Shown here piece by piece: positions 24,245-37,786 of a DNA stretch of 64,000 nucleotides. Both the position numbers and the translations under genes were made by a program. Below the pieces are notes generated by a model. The model searched no databases. It was not told where the DNA came from and worked only from the letters and a program-made list of their open reading frames with translations. The stretch comes from Eledone cirrhosa (lineage: Eukaryota), in assembly GCA_964016885.1 (NCBI GenBank), contig OZ024740.1, forward strand, positions 94,550,001-94,614,000, read 5' to 3'. Each line of letters begins with the position of its first letter. Position 1 is the first letter of the stretch.

Positions 24245-24944
24245 TACCTACTCTCCGGCCTTTCTAGAGAATCGTAAAAGCACATATCGTTATATGCTTT
24301 TTCTATGAAAATTAGTAGTGGGCAGACTAATTTGCATAGAGCGTGAGTACGTACCGGTTCAGCGGAGACGATAAAAACAAATAACGAAACGAAATTAAAT
24401 TTCGTTTCGTTTGTAACTCACTTTTGTATGACAGACGCTTAAACAATTAAGTTAAAAATGTATATCCACATATGTATACTGAAATACTTGTATGCATATG
24501 AATACACACACGTGTACATATGCAGATGTACCGAGTTTTTCACTGGACACTTTAGTGTGAGTGTTCAGCTATTCTGTATGTAAACACACAGACAAACCGG
24601 TTTTTAGAGTCATACTGGTTTTCGAGGAAACACCTTACCTCTATTCCCCAGAAAGCCGGTACATCTATATATGTACACGTGTGTGTATTCATATGCATAC
24701 TAGTATTTCAGTATACATATGTGGATGTACATTTTTAACTTAATTGTTTAAGCGTCAGTCATACAAAAGTGAGTTACAAACGAAACGAAATTTAATTTCG
24801 TTTCGTTATTTGTTTTATCGTCTCCGCTGAACCGGTACGTACTCACGCTCTATGCAAATTAGTCTGCCCACTACTAATTTTCTTAGAAAAAGCATATAAC
24901 GATATGTGCTTTTACGATTCTCTAGAAAGGCCGGAGGATAGGTA

Positions 24945-24989
24945 AATATTGCTGATGAGATGTAACAACATCGAAACTAGTCCAATATT
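24945..24989 (+). ncRNA. Minimal type I hammerhead ribozyme, canonical, in the inverted unit
   Basis: aatattgctgatgagatgtaacaacatcgaaactagtccaatatt. Confidence 0.93.
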
Positions 24990-25278
24990 CCTGTCTGGCT
25001 TTCTGGAGAATAGAGGAAAGGTGTTTCCTCGAAAACCAGTATGACTCTAAAAACCGATTTGTCTGTGTGTTTACATACAGAATATATGAACACTCACAGT
25101 AAAGTGTCCAGTGAAAAACTCGGTACATCTACATATGTACACATGTGTGTATTCATATGCATACTAGTATTTCAGTATACATATGTGGATGTACATTTTT
25201 AACTTAATTGTTTAAGCGTCAGTCATACACAAGTGAGTTACAAACGAAACGAAATTTAATTTCGTTTCGTTATTTGTT

Positions 25279-25344
<66 letters not shown>

Positions 25345-25606
25345 AATATAAGTATGTATTGGTACATACATATATGTATACAGACGTACATTAATACTTA
25401 TGTATATATATAAATACATACTCCTAGAACGGCAGAAGATCCCGTTAGGGGTTCAAAGCAGCGATTATTCGCTTAAACTTTAATCTGTTATTTCACTAAA
25501 TATTTGCTCGACTGTTTGATATATATTTATCCTTATCGAGCCTTCTTTGGATTTTAGTCTTAAAAGGTATTATTATTATTATATATATATATATATATAT
25601 ACATAC

Positions 25607-25760
<154 letters not shown>

Positions 25761-25805
25761 TATAAACAAATATACACGGATGTGTATGATTGTGTATAGA
25801 CGAGT

Positions 25806-26191
25806 ATATTAATAAAGTTAATTCCAATTGTGTTGTGATTTACTCGTTTTATTTACAATCCTTTAAAATGGTAATGATATTATAATGAAATAGTATGGTA
25901 GAATATTAAATGTTAAGTGTTAATTGAACAAGTACTTTCATGCTTTCGCAATCGTTAGGTTCATAATGAGAGGTGATAGTCAAGTTTGCAAATTTCTACT
26001 TTTGAACATTGCAAAGTTGATTGTCCTAACAGAATATGAACCTGAAGAGTGCGAAAGCTTGAAAGTACGATTTCAATTAACACTTAACAATTAATATTCT
26101 ACCATACTATGTCATTATAATATCATTATAATTTTAAAGAATTGTAAAGAAAACGAGTAATTCAGGCAAAGTTTGAATTCCTTTTATTAAT
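25806..26191. mobile_element. Fold-back pair of PLE terminal repeats with degenerate hammerheads (25925-25963 -, 26037-26075 +)
   Basis: The arms are reverse complements and both match the PLE 3' end at 62470-62661; the same terminus also occurs at 23180-23245. Confidence 0.8.
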
Positions 26192-26252
26192 ATATATATA
26201 TATATATAAATACATACACACACATACACACACACACACACACGCACGCACG

Positions 26253-26333
<81 letters not shown>

Positions 26334-26388
26334 GTGAGGTTTTTTTTACAAAATGAAAAATAACCGAGGTGTCCTACACGAGTGGAAG

Positions 26389-26573
26389 TATAAAGAAACA
26401 GGGATGAAATCGAAAATGCAACTGAAGTCTTATTTTTAAAAAAAATATATATATTTATTTGGTTCCTTTACCGGTTTCGCAGTTCTTCTGCTAAAGGAAC
26501 CAAATAAATATATATATTTAAAAAAAAAATAAGACTTCAGTTGCATTTTCGATTTCATCCCTTTTTCTTTATA
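26389..26573. repeat. Inverted repeat with arms of about 82 bp and the 3' half of a hammerhead in the spacer
   Basis: Arms 26389-26470 and 26492-26573; the - strand reads GCAG AAGAA CUGC-GAAA-CCGG-UA-AAGGAACC. Confidence 0.8.
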
Positions 26574-28513
26574 TATATATATATATATATATACATACAA
26601 AATTAAGATAAATCAAACGAATTTAATCTAAATCAAAATTATGGCTGTCATACCAGAAAGACATGCGCCACATCACCCGCAAAATAAATTCTAAGATTCT
26701 AACGCGTAGGTCCCACCATTTTATAATAACTAGAAATTGATTAACATATAAATAAACATGAATAATCATAGGATATATTTTTTACAAGAGTGTAACCACA
26801 CATAGCTAGGTAGGTATAAATAAAGTTGACCAGAACTTCAAAAACAGATATCTTATAATATGATTAATCTTCCGTGTATATATTCCATTAAAGAAATATG
26901 TTTCACCAATTAATCGGATGGTAAACCACGGAGGGGAGACTATATATATATATATATATTACTGAATACCGAGTACTCGTTTTTTTCAGCTTTCAACCAC
27001 ATACGGCTTCATGTATATTAATGTGAAGGGACATGTATGCTATTGACGTACATTACAACCCGTTGCGTACCTTATCATCACTATTTTTTACGACACCGGG
27101 TATTTTAAATGTGCACTATATGGATGCCACTTGTTGGCACTGTATTAAAAGTAACGTTGATCCGTGTTAAATATCTAATTTTTCATTGTATTCCATGTGT
27201 AAATGAATGCATTTTCCTCTTCTAGAAATATATTTCAAGGAATATATACCTCAAGGCTAATTTCCTTATTAACAACCGGTTCAGAATTGGTATGACCGTC
27301 CAAAACAAAAATACGTCATATGTAATCAGATCACATAGCACATTTCCCTTCTTTTATGAATTCTGTTAACTTTTCGTTTCACTAATTCTCTTTTCTTTTT
27401 CCCTTTTGTATCTTTCTATTTTTCATCTTAGAGAACGGTGCATTATGATTACATTTGTCTTGGTGTTGAACATTCTCTCTACATGAATTACCATTCTTCT
27501 CAATTGTTTCACATATTGCTTTTGTAAGCTAGCTATTCCATGGATTGCATTAATCTACTCGGTTAACCGGGGTTCTTACACGCTAAACATTTCCTCACTC
27601 AATGTTCTGCTCCAGTAGCCCGCCTTATAATTTACCAATCGCTTTATAAACTCCATTACGATTGGCTTACCTCTGAGCTGACAGGCAATATTGATTATTT
27701 TACAAATCTTTAAAATCTTCTTTGTTTTATTCCCTCTTCTTTATAATAGTAACCAACCACTTTAGTGACGAAGAGAGGTATTTCGATTTTATGACAAATT
27801 GCGTCTGTTGGATTCCAGAAAAAATAAAGATCAGAAAAGTTGATATTGCATTAGACGTTTAATGCAACACATTATTTGTGGTTGAATAGGTTAATTTAAT
27901 AAATATTGAGAAATGTGTTTTAGGCTTATATTGTGTATATTCCACGATCTGCATATATGATTGTTGTGGTACCCCTGTATTAGAAGTGGTAGAATTAGCA
28001 GATGTAACATCAGGTACTTTTCCACCTCCGTTTATATCAGCTACACCAAAAAAATCCCAGCGTCCCTCTATGATGCCGTTCCTGTCCGCCGCTGACAGAA
28101 AAGGGCGTGAAGTTCCCAAAAAGGCTTAGAGATCTCTAAAGGTTTTCGGCCGTCCGGCAGTTGTTGTGGTTCCACTGTTGTTGTTGCTGTTGGTGGTGCT
28201 AGCGGTGTCAGTGTTGGTGGAATGTTTACATCCCTGCACTGGCGTTTGCAACGTTAGCGTCTAGCGGTAACCCGCACTTTTGAGCTAACAACAAAATATT
28301 CACAGGTGTGTTGCCTTAATGTAGATAATATAGTGTATTTAACCCTCAATGACCAATTGTATTATGGACCCATCTTGAAGGCGCATATGGTCCGGAATAT
28401 GTTTGGGTGCTTCTGGTTTATTTTGAGAAGAACATCCAAGCCTATCCCGTAGTAGACCGCTCAGAGATTTTGTAACATATGTAAGGGTACCATTGGTGTA
28501 TGTGTGTAGATAC

Positions 28514-28746
28514 GAAAGGAGAGGCGGAGTGACCGTAATATTTACAAAAGGTCAGGTTCTCGTGACATCTGTAGAAATGCAGCTGTCCATCTCCTGTCAG
28601 TACGTAGACGGCCTGCTGTCGAAAATCACAACCTTTGCTATTTCTAATGTCCAGGACAAAACATTACCATCCCGTTCCAGAACGATCCTGCGTATCACGA
28701 GAACCTGACCTTTTGTAAATATTACTGTCACCCCGCCTCTCATTTC
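28514..28746. repeat. Inverted repeats of about 52 bp around a spacer of about 130 bp (MITE-like)
   Basis: gaggcggagtgaccgtaatatttacaaaaggtcaggttctcgtga versus tcacgagaacctgaccttttgtaaatattactgtcaccccgcctc; no clear target-site duplication. Confidence 0.7.
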
Positions 28747-29049
28747 AGTTATACTAAGTCATGCAATGAGCTCATCATTGTCAAAATCAGGACCTTGTGT
28801 GCGTGGGTCGGAATTACAGGCCGCCACACAAGACGTCAATCAAACATATATAGTGAGATTTCCTTTGGGAATCCCTTTTAAACGCCAACTTGTGTCTCCT
28901 ACATTAAGAGACCCCACATTATGAATGGGACTCCCTCTAATGTATGTATATATATATATATATTTCCATTTGCTCTCTCAAATTCATTAATTTATGTGAA
29001 AATATGAAGGTGCTAGTAGCAAAGATTATCCACATTTCTCACAATCTCT

Positions 29050-29860
29050 TTCTCCGTGTCTTGAGGCCCATCCGTTCTTTGTAGGCTCTCCTTACCTGCT
29101 CAAAATTTGAGGTCTCTGTGGTCAATTTTTTTGATAGTGTGTGATTGCGTCTGCTCGTAGTATTCGTTTATGTGAAGTTGGTGGATTTCAATTGTTGTGG
29201 ATGTATGTGTTTGTTTGTGTGTTATATCTGAAGTTGCTGTTGTGTTTGTTGTGCAAGTTGTTTTTCAGTAGTTTTCGGTTGATTTTCGGGGATCTCACTC
29301 ATCCTTAGCTCCATGTGAAAATCACGATATCTGTGGAAATCACTTTAGCTGTTACTGCAAGTGTGTTTGCGTTTTTGAATGGTTTAGATGAGGTGGATAT
29401 AGAGCAGGAGAAAGAAAACTTTCTTCGCGGACACCTGGGTGGTTTTGATGCATACTGTTGCTGCTGTTAGATGTGTTGTTGGTTTTCATTTTGCTGTCAA
29501 TAATGTTCATTGTAATACAGTTGCTGATGTCGTTCGCTGTTGGTGTTGTTCTTGATTTTTCTGTTGTGGGCCAGGTTTTGTCAACAACGTGTGTCCTGTG
29601 GATCCCCGTCTTATGTTGAGGCTCCCATCACATATTATTCTCGTTACACTTCAGAAACAACAATGGAGATTTTGTCCCACATGAGCAGCTTTAGCACAAC
29701 GCGATCCGGTAGGTAAATGAGATCAGTGATATTATCTATCTTTTCTGATTTAATGTGCAAAATAATTTCCGGACATATTCCCCATCAGTGAGCCGCTACC
29801 TTCTCGTACTACACATGCCAACATCCACTAGATGACCAATCCAGAGAGGATTCCTCGAGA
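29050..29860 (-). pseudogene. Old, divergent Tx1-like ORF1 remnant
   Basis: Manual translation EIILHIKSEKIDNITDLIYLPDRVVLKLL parallels ELLIQADHKSIEEIP.LINLTDGSHLTV of ORF1 and is followed by A/C-rich low-complexity sequence. Confidence 0.5.
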
Positions 29861-30820
29861 ATTCCTTTAGAATTGATTTAATTTTATGTCAATGTTATTC
29901 GGGCAACTGACTTATTGTAATCAGTGGTGTATGGAAAAAAATAAATAATCATAAAGTAGAATAAAACATAATTTTATATATTTATAACAATGGATCGATC
30001 ATAGAAGATTTAACTTGCAGTAATGCCATGATAATAATTGATTGCTGTATCTCATTTTATTTTCAATTGTGTGTTATTTCTTTCGTATAGTAAAAACAGA
30101 AAAGTAATAGAGAAAATAAAATGTTCCCAGACGGATAGTAGGGAAGACATAATTAAATTCAAATATTGGTATTCATAATATATTTCGCATCAACATATTT
30201 TTCATAACAACGTTGATCATTTGACGTAAACATCATATTAGTTATAACCATCAAGAGAATTACCTAGTTTGTGAGTTTAAACAAAAAGAACCGTTGAATA
30301 CCGACGTACGTTATGATAACAATTACGAAATGCAAGCAGTAGAAAAGTCAGTAAAAGTATAAGGGAAAATCACAAAGAAAATAATAATACATGAATCAAT
30401 AAGAGTGATACTTCTTCTTTAAATGTTACAATAAAATATTTTGAAAGAAAATGAATAGTAACTCTCTGCAGATATGAATATTTACAATATTATAAATATT
30501 TTATACATAACATATAAATATTTTGTTCATTGATTTAATAATGAAATCACACATTTCGACATACTTCACTATTATCAACATATTATATTTGTTATTTGTC
30601 AAAACTATGTTTTGTCTACTGTTTACATCTCACATCACCTAAAATTTAAAACTTAACAAAGGCATTTACGTAAAAGAAAAACAGTTAGTATGTTAAAGAA
30701 AGTGAAAGAAAGTAGCTGAAGGTAATCTGTTGTTTAGAAATAGACGTTAATATTGATAATATAATTCTTTACAATTTAATAGAATTTTGACTTCCGAGGT
30801 TCCATCAAAGGTACACACAC

Positions 30821-30909
<89 letters not shown>

Positions 30910-31052
30910 TATATATATAGGGATATTCAATTTGTTGGTAATTCAACAAATATAAATGTTTATAACTGAATAAGAGCACTCGACAGCTTTTCTGGAGTAT
31001 AATATTCAATGATATTTAATAAATGGAAACTATATTTATAAAACCATATTCA

Positions 31053-31113
31053 TTCTATTATATATATATAGTTCAAGGGTACCAAAACTTTGGTACGCTT
31101 TCATCAGATAAAA
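31053..31113 (-). ncRNA. Hammerhead-like motif (CUGAUGA intact, GAAA>GAAC) in a PLE terminal-repeat unit
   Basis: UUUUAU-CUGAUGA-AAGCGUACCAAAGUUUUGGUACCCUU-GAAC-UAUAUA…; flanks match the 22.1 and 57.1 kb units. Confidence 0.6.
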
Positions 31114-31210
31114 TACAAAGTTTCTTTCATAAATTTTGACATAATCAAAAAGAGATACCTTAACGGTTCAAGTTTTTCTTGGATAGTCACTATCCAAGAA
31201 AAGCTTGAAC

Positions 31211-34200
31211 GTGATCAGTAGCAATAATTTTCATTTGTCTCAGGCAGACATTCATTTGCCGCCATTACCAATAACTGTAAGTGTTACAAAACTCCACCCC
31301 CACCACCACCAGAGCGACAACAGAAACAAACAAAAATTATTATCTCATGACATCGAAATGGATTCACCCAGAATCGACTCTTCCACACCGAACACCACTG
31401 ACGCCACCACCACAACAACTGAAACTAAAAATAACAATAACAAAAATAACACTAAGAACAACAGCAAGAACAACAATGAAAATAACAACAATAATAAAAA
31501 AACTCCACCGCAAATGAGTCATTTACCAAAGCAGCCAAGAAAAGCGAAACAATCGAGGTAAGCCCCGATGAATTAAATGAAGCCAAGAGGATGGAACAAA
31601 AGGATGGGTACAGGGTCAGCCTCACCCTCCAACCACACGCACACCTAATGGGGCATCGGCGCCTATGAACCGTGTCTTATCGGACGATAAACACAAAATC
31701 ACGCCGAGTGGAACGGTCATTCGAGTCCCAAATACTTGGGACATGTGTGGCCGTAAAAAACCCACCTCAGACGTGGGCAGAAATATGGCACCGTGGACGT
31801 GTTGTTTGGAACACCACAGGAAGCCAGAGAGCACTCCATGGCCCCATTAAAAAGCGACGACTTCACACTCGTCCCAGGCTATTGTGGTCAGAGACTTGTA
31901 AAGATCAGGGTGACCCACTCTCCAACAGCCATCGAAATGTCATGGCTAATGGCTGCCGTCCTCGCCGGCATCGAGGCCAACACGAAAATAATTGAAATAA
32001 CAAAAGAAAAGCAGGAGTACATGTACGGATCTGGGATGCAGCTCCTGATCCAAGGGGACCAAAAAAACATTGAAGAAATTCCAGAGGTGTAGACCTCACT
32101 GACGGCAGCCACCCCACCGCAATCGTTGAGTGTAGAAGGCCTATGTCTGTCGCTTGTGGTGAAAGAACCCACCCAAATGCGTTCTGCCCTCAGGCTAAAC
32201 AAGTTGAGGCCATCTCTCTTACCCACCCCAGTGACTCAACCATCAATACCACCAGCAGCAGAAATGGCATCAACAACTGTAGCAGCAACAACACCAGCAA
32301 TAGTAGCAAAACAAACACCACCACCACCCACCGCACCAGAACTAGATACGACGCCTCCACCTAGCACCACGCCACAACCAAAACCAACGCCTGTGGAGGA
32401 TTTGCCACTCCCCGACCTACCGCAACTGGAGACAGATTCTGAAGACGAGGAGTGGGAAACTGTATCAGGAAAAATGAAAAAAAGAAAAAAAAAACAAAAA
32501 ATAAAAAAATCCACTTCCTTCCCCTTCCAAAAACAATAAACTAACAAACAAAAAAGTTAGGACAGCTATGCCACCATCCACACCAGCATCACCCACCACA
32601 TCACCACAAACACCAACACCATCGCCATCATTAACCCCAACACCACCATCACCAACACCACAAAAGTAACCAAAATGCGCAACAGAAACAAATCCACAAC
32701 AAACGCAAAAAAAACTAAACAACCAAAACGATACACACAACACAGCATTACATTTGAAAAACCAATTATTACACTACATCCAACATAACATCAGCATCAC
32801 AGTAAAAGGCTACACAACACTCCAAACATTCACACCACCTTCACACATACAAATCACTCGCATCACACAGAAAGCGTATATGACATTAAAACACAAATTC
32901 CCCAAGGGCATCGGAGGCTTCCGACAAAAGGAGGACTTATAAGTCTCCAGGAGGATTCATAAGGACATCCTTCTGGAGGAGGTAACATGCAGTGAGAAGG
33001 ATGGACAAACCATCCTTCCTCTACGAGAAGTAAGGTGAGTGGTCTTTCCCATCTTACCACTCCTTTTCAGCATAACCTCACTCAGAATAGGCAGCATAAG
33101 TGCGCGTGGCTTCGGATCGTCATGGAAGCAGGGCTACCTGCTCAACGACCTCAGGTCACTAAACATAGATATGGTGACCATCAGCGAGACGAGAATCTCT
33201 GAAGCACGGGCCTTCGCACCGATCTTCGGCCGCTACGATGTGTACGCATCTCCCAGCCGTCCTGGATCGGGGAGAGGATTGCTGTTTTTTTCGAAGATAT
33301 TGGATCTCGCCATACGGGCCATCACATACAGCAGAGGGAGAAATTGTTAGAAAATTAGACGAGGCGCTTAGCAAAGGCATCGCGACCGACGTACTTGCGG
33401 CGGAATTGGCCCTTGAACAATTCTTCAATGCAAAGCACGAAGGCTGCGTTGTCAGAGCAAGGGTGCGTGCTCTCAAACACGAGGGGACCAAACCCGTTCA
33501 ATGGGACCGAGTGTCGGAGGTGCGCCGTGGCAACAAGCTACGATCCGGTCTTTTGTGGACTATCACGGGCGCATGCTTCTCGATCCCGAGGCAAATATTT
33601 GAAGCTTTTCAGCGACACTTCGCTCAGCTGTTCGGATGCAGCGGCGGGCCGGATCGAGGGATGGCCTGTAGTGTATACCTCGACGGACTTCCCACGCTCT
33701 CAGCCACTGAGGCGGAGTGTTACGAAAATCCGGTAACAGCAGCTGAAATACGGGAGGCAATGACTGACTGCACAAGGGGTAAATCACCTGGTTTAGATGG
33801 TCTGTCCTATGAACTTTACGTACAGATGCCAGACTTATTCGGAGACCCTTTGCGGACGTCTACAGCTACTCGCAATAGAACGGGGCAATTCCCCGCTTTT
33901 TGACTCGAAGAGCGGTGCCGCTGCTGAGAAAAGATCCGAACAAGGGGGATACCATAGATAATTTCAGCCACATAATTCTGCTAAACACAGAGTTCAGGAT
34001 TTTGGCCAAGGTGCTAACAAAGAGGTTGGAACTTGTCGTTGGTGGTCTGGTGGGAGAGGCGGAGACATGCGGCATTCCAGACAGATCCATCCACGACAAC
34101 ATCCACCTCATGCGATACATCGTAGAGAGGGTAGCTAGGGAACTTGGCGCGGGTCGGTCCTTGATCAATTTAGATCAGTTGAAAGCTTTCGATAGGATCG

Positions 34201-36074
34201 ACCATCATTATCTGGCGGCAGTCATGAGGGCGGCTGGCTTTGGGCTCGTCTTCAGAGGCTGGACCGCTGCCATCCACAGCGACTTCTGCTCTGTGGTGAG
34301 AGTGAACGGTCACCTTTCGGACCCGTTCAACATCATGCGCTCGGTCCGCCAAGGATGTCCCCTCTCGTCCTTCTTTACGTATTGACTTTCGAGCCATTAC
34401 TGCACAAACTGGAGGAGTAAAGGTGTATCCCTCGCGAACTAGGATGCGGAAGATCCGTGCCAGCATATGCGGACGAAATCACCGTAGTGGTGTCGAACGC
34501 CAAACACATCGAGACGATCGTCACTACACTAAAAGAATACGAAGCGGTGACAGGAGCAATGATCAACCAGGAAAAATTCGGTGGAGCTGCAGCTCGGCAC
34601 CTGGAGAGGCAGGTCCATGCCGTCCAACAGCGTCGTCGGGCGCTGGATGGATGGAGCGGTTAAATTGGTAGTGGTCTGGTTCGGTCCGGACCTCCAGACA
34701 GGCAAAATCTGGGACGAGCGGAGAGGAAACTACCTCTAAAATATCGAACGGAGGTAGCGAACGCGTACATCGCGTCCGTCATCTACTACCGTTTCACCGT
34801 CGTGCCTTGTCCTAAGCCTCGCCTGAAGCGCTGGAGCGTTTGCTGTTTCGCTTTTAGTGGAAGGGAGGCGCTCCGATGGTCAGGCGGTCCATCTGCGGTA
34901 AACACCCGATACTTGGAGGGCTGGGCATGCCGAAGCTGATGATGCGCAGACACTGGCTCAGGCTACGACATCTCTACCTCTTCCTCGACGGTGATCAGGT
35001 GTGGTCGCTGTTTGTTAGACGCGTCTTTCCCCAGCTTGTCTCCTTGATGGAGCTGCATGCTTGGGTCAATCGAAGACCGAGAGAGAGCGCTTGGAGACTG
35101 GAATGTCTTCAGGCGCGCATAGCCCTCGACCAATCGGCCAATATGATCGGTGGAAACTGCACCTTGGCGTTCTATAGAGGATTAATTGGAGGGGAAGAAG
35201 GACGACATACTTTGGAATCTCTAGGCGTCGCCGAAAATCTATTGGCCAATCTCTTACGGAGGAACTTTCGGGCCGAAGCCTATGGACAACGATCCTGAAA
35301 TCCTTGGTCTGGCTGTGCTGCAGAGGACCTATGCCAGTTCCGGATCAACTCTACAGGCATGGAGGTGGAATCAGCCGGGCATGTCCGAGATGCGCACAGG
35401 GCGACGAAACCATCCTGCTTGCACTGGTCCAGTCTGCGAGCATTGCTGACTTGTGGGTTTATGTCGCACACCTGCTGTCGCGTGTAGGACGGATCAGGCT
35501 ATCAGCTGAGTCCATCTTGAGGATTGCCCCGCCCTCCTCCTTTATCCCGTAAGGGCAGGCACTTTTTATCTGTCTATTGGCCATGGCAAAAGAGACACTA
35601 TGGTGGACGGGTTTGAAAGGGCTGAAGACGAGCACTTACCTCTTCGGTGATGCCCTGATTAACCTTTTCAAATTACATTTAAAAAGGAAAATGATGGTAG
35701 AGTGGGAAGTGCTCACTTCCCAGCATTTGTTTGAAAGATGGGTGAGAGAGGCAAGAATGGCCCGTGTGTATGGGCCTACTCTGAGTATGTGCCTCTAAAT
35801 TGAAGGTGGAAATCTGGGAGAGGGAACTTGCCCTGGTGGTCAGGGTCACCGTTGCTTTTTTTAATGGACTTTCTCCACGATGGCCCTCGGAAGTCTCCTT
35901 CCTATTGGGCAATTTTTCATTGTTTCTTTTATTTGTTACCTCCTATGTTTTTGTTCTTTTACACGCAGAAATGCCCATTTGTACCGCCCTGTATTTTCCT
36001 GTATTGTCCTGTACTGTCCTTAATGTTTTCCTTTGTGTACACACTTCTGGTTAATACAGAAGGCATTATTATTA

Positions 36075-36112
<38 letters not shown>
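31211..36112 (+). mobile_element. Tx1-like LINE (subfamily B), second long copy; 5'-truncated with an internal deletion
   Basis: Collinear with about 3595-9128; roughly 660 bp of the endonuclease region is missing near 33325; (ATT)n tail 36065-36112. Confidence 0.92.
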
Positions 36113-36113
<1 letters not shown>

Positions 36114-37716
36114 CTTGAATCTCAGTCATTGATGTTGGTTAAGTGGAAAGTCCGTTGGAATGAATATCAAGCCACTACCTGCAGCCTCAGATATTCAGGA
36201 CGTTTCGGAGGGTTCTTGCTGTTCCCAGCAAGCATGCCTTTTGAAGCGTTCCAAAAAGCGTGAAGGAGCCGGTTTTCTTTAACCATCCCTGGAAACTTTT
36301 GGAGATAGTCCCCAGTGCGCCTATGACAATCGGGATCAATTTGACTTCATGGCAGTTCCAAATCCTTTTTACCTCCCACTTTAAGTCCTGGTATCGGTTA
36401 ATTTTCTCCCTCTCCTTCTCTTGCACTCTCGTGTCGAATGGGCAGGCCACATCCACAATCAGACACGATCTTTTTTCTTTGTCCACAACCACCAGGTCAG
36501 GTCTATTGTGTTCCAGTTTCTTGTCCGACTGTATCCTAAAATCCCACATCACCTTCACCTGCTCATTATCCATCACCGCCTCTGGCTTATGCTCATACCA
36601 TTTCTCAGAATGTGGTAAATTGTTTACTTTGCACAGGTGCCAGTGGATCACCCTGCCCATCACATCATGTCTCCAGCCCTCATAGTGGGTCTGGGCTAGG
36701 TGTTTACACTCGGATACAATGTGAGCCACAGTCTCCTCTCTCTCCCCACATATCCTGCACAGTGGGCTAGCCTCCTCCTTGTGAATATGGTGTTTCAACC
36801 ACTACGTTTTGAGGGCCTGCTCCTGCACAGCCATTAACATTCCTCATATAGCCTTTTTAAGGTCTCCTCTTCTCAACCAGTTCCATGTCTGTGGATCTCT
36901 AAATTCAGTTTTCTCAAAGAAGGTACTATGAAAGGATTTTTCCTGAAGGCTGCTCTTTCTCCTTGATGATATTTCCTCCTTGGACATCCCCTGGCCTATT
37001 GTCCCCTCCTTCAGTACAGTTCTGAGCATTGGCTCCTTACTATCAGTCACGTATTTGTGTAGGTTGTTTTTCTCCATCTGAACACAGTCCTCTATGCTGA
37101 TAAGACCTCTTCCAAACTCAGATCTCCTTAGGTAGAGTCTATCGACATCACTCCTCTTGTGGAACATGTTGTAGATAGTCAATAGCTTCCTAGTCTTCTT
37201 ATCCATTTCTTTTTGTTCAGCAACATTCCATCTCAGAATTCCCGCACTGTACCTAATAATAGACACAGCTCGGGAATTTACTGCGCTTATGGCATTTCTG
37301 CTGTTCAGATGTGACTTCAATACGCTCCTTACTCTCCGAATGTATTCATTTCTTAACAATTCCTTCATTATTTTGTTCTTTATGCCATCAGCCTCCAGAA
37401 CGCCCAAATACTTGTATCATTCCTCAGAGTCAATTTCCTTTATCATCTCACCTGTTGGTATCTGGATTCCGTTACTTCTGCTCAACCTACCCCTCCTCAT
37501 CAGAATGACTCCACAGTTACTCATACCAAACTGCCGATATATATCACTGCTGAAAATACGGACAGTGTCAACAAGCACATCCAACTCCTTTTCACTCTTC
37601 CCGAAGAGATTAATATCGTCCATGAGGAGGAGGTGATTGATGGTAAGCCCTCCCTTTCCCAACCCGTATCCTGCTCTCACTTTTCGCAGTACACTGGTCA
37701 GGGGCATCAGGGCAAG
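36113..37716 (-). mobile_element. 5'-truncated R4/Dong-like copy, same family as 9129-13831
   Basis: RT C-terminal half, CCHC and nuclease (…LLGTARTLRNVLNI*); (TAA)n on both sides. Confidence 0.92.
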
Positions 37717-37786
37717 ATTATTATTATTATTAATATTATCATTGTTGTTATTATTATATTATTATTGTTGTTGTTGTTGTTGTTAT

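Larger units (their letters stand above)
23521..25279. repeat. 465-bp hammerhead-bearing tandem repeat (2.4 units) followed by 1.3 inverted units, between (TA)n tracts
   Basis: Units start at 23521, 23986 and 24451; the inversion is at about 24657; copies are near identical. Confidence 0.95.

Noticed and set aside
23521-25279. CRISPR-like array or assembly artefact
   Set aside because: Units are long with no unique spacers in a eukaryotic context, and they differ by scattered substitutions, arguing against simple read duplication (long reads would confirm).
29085-29100. CAG|GTAAG on the - strand as a fourth example of the post-ORF1 donor
   Set aside because: It seems to fall inside the coding KF…VGE motif rather than after the stop, so it was not counted.
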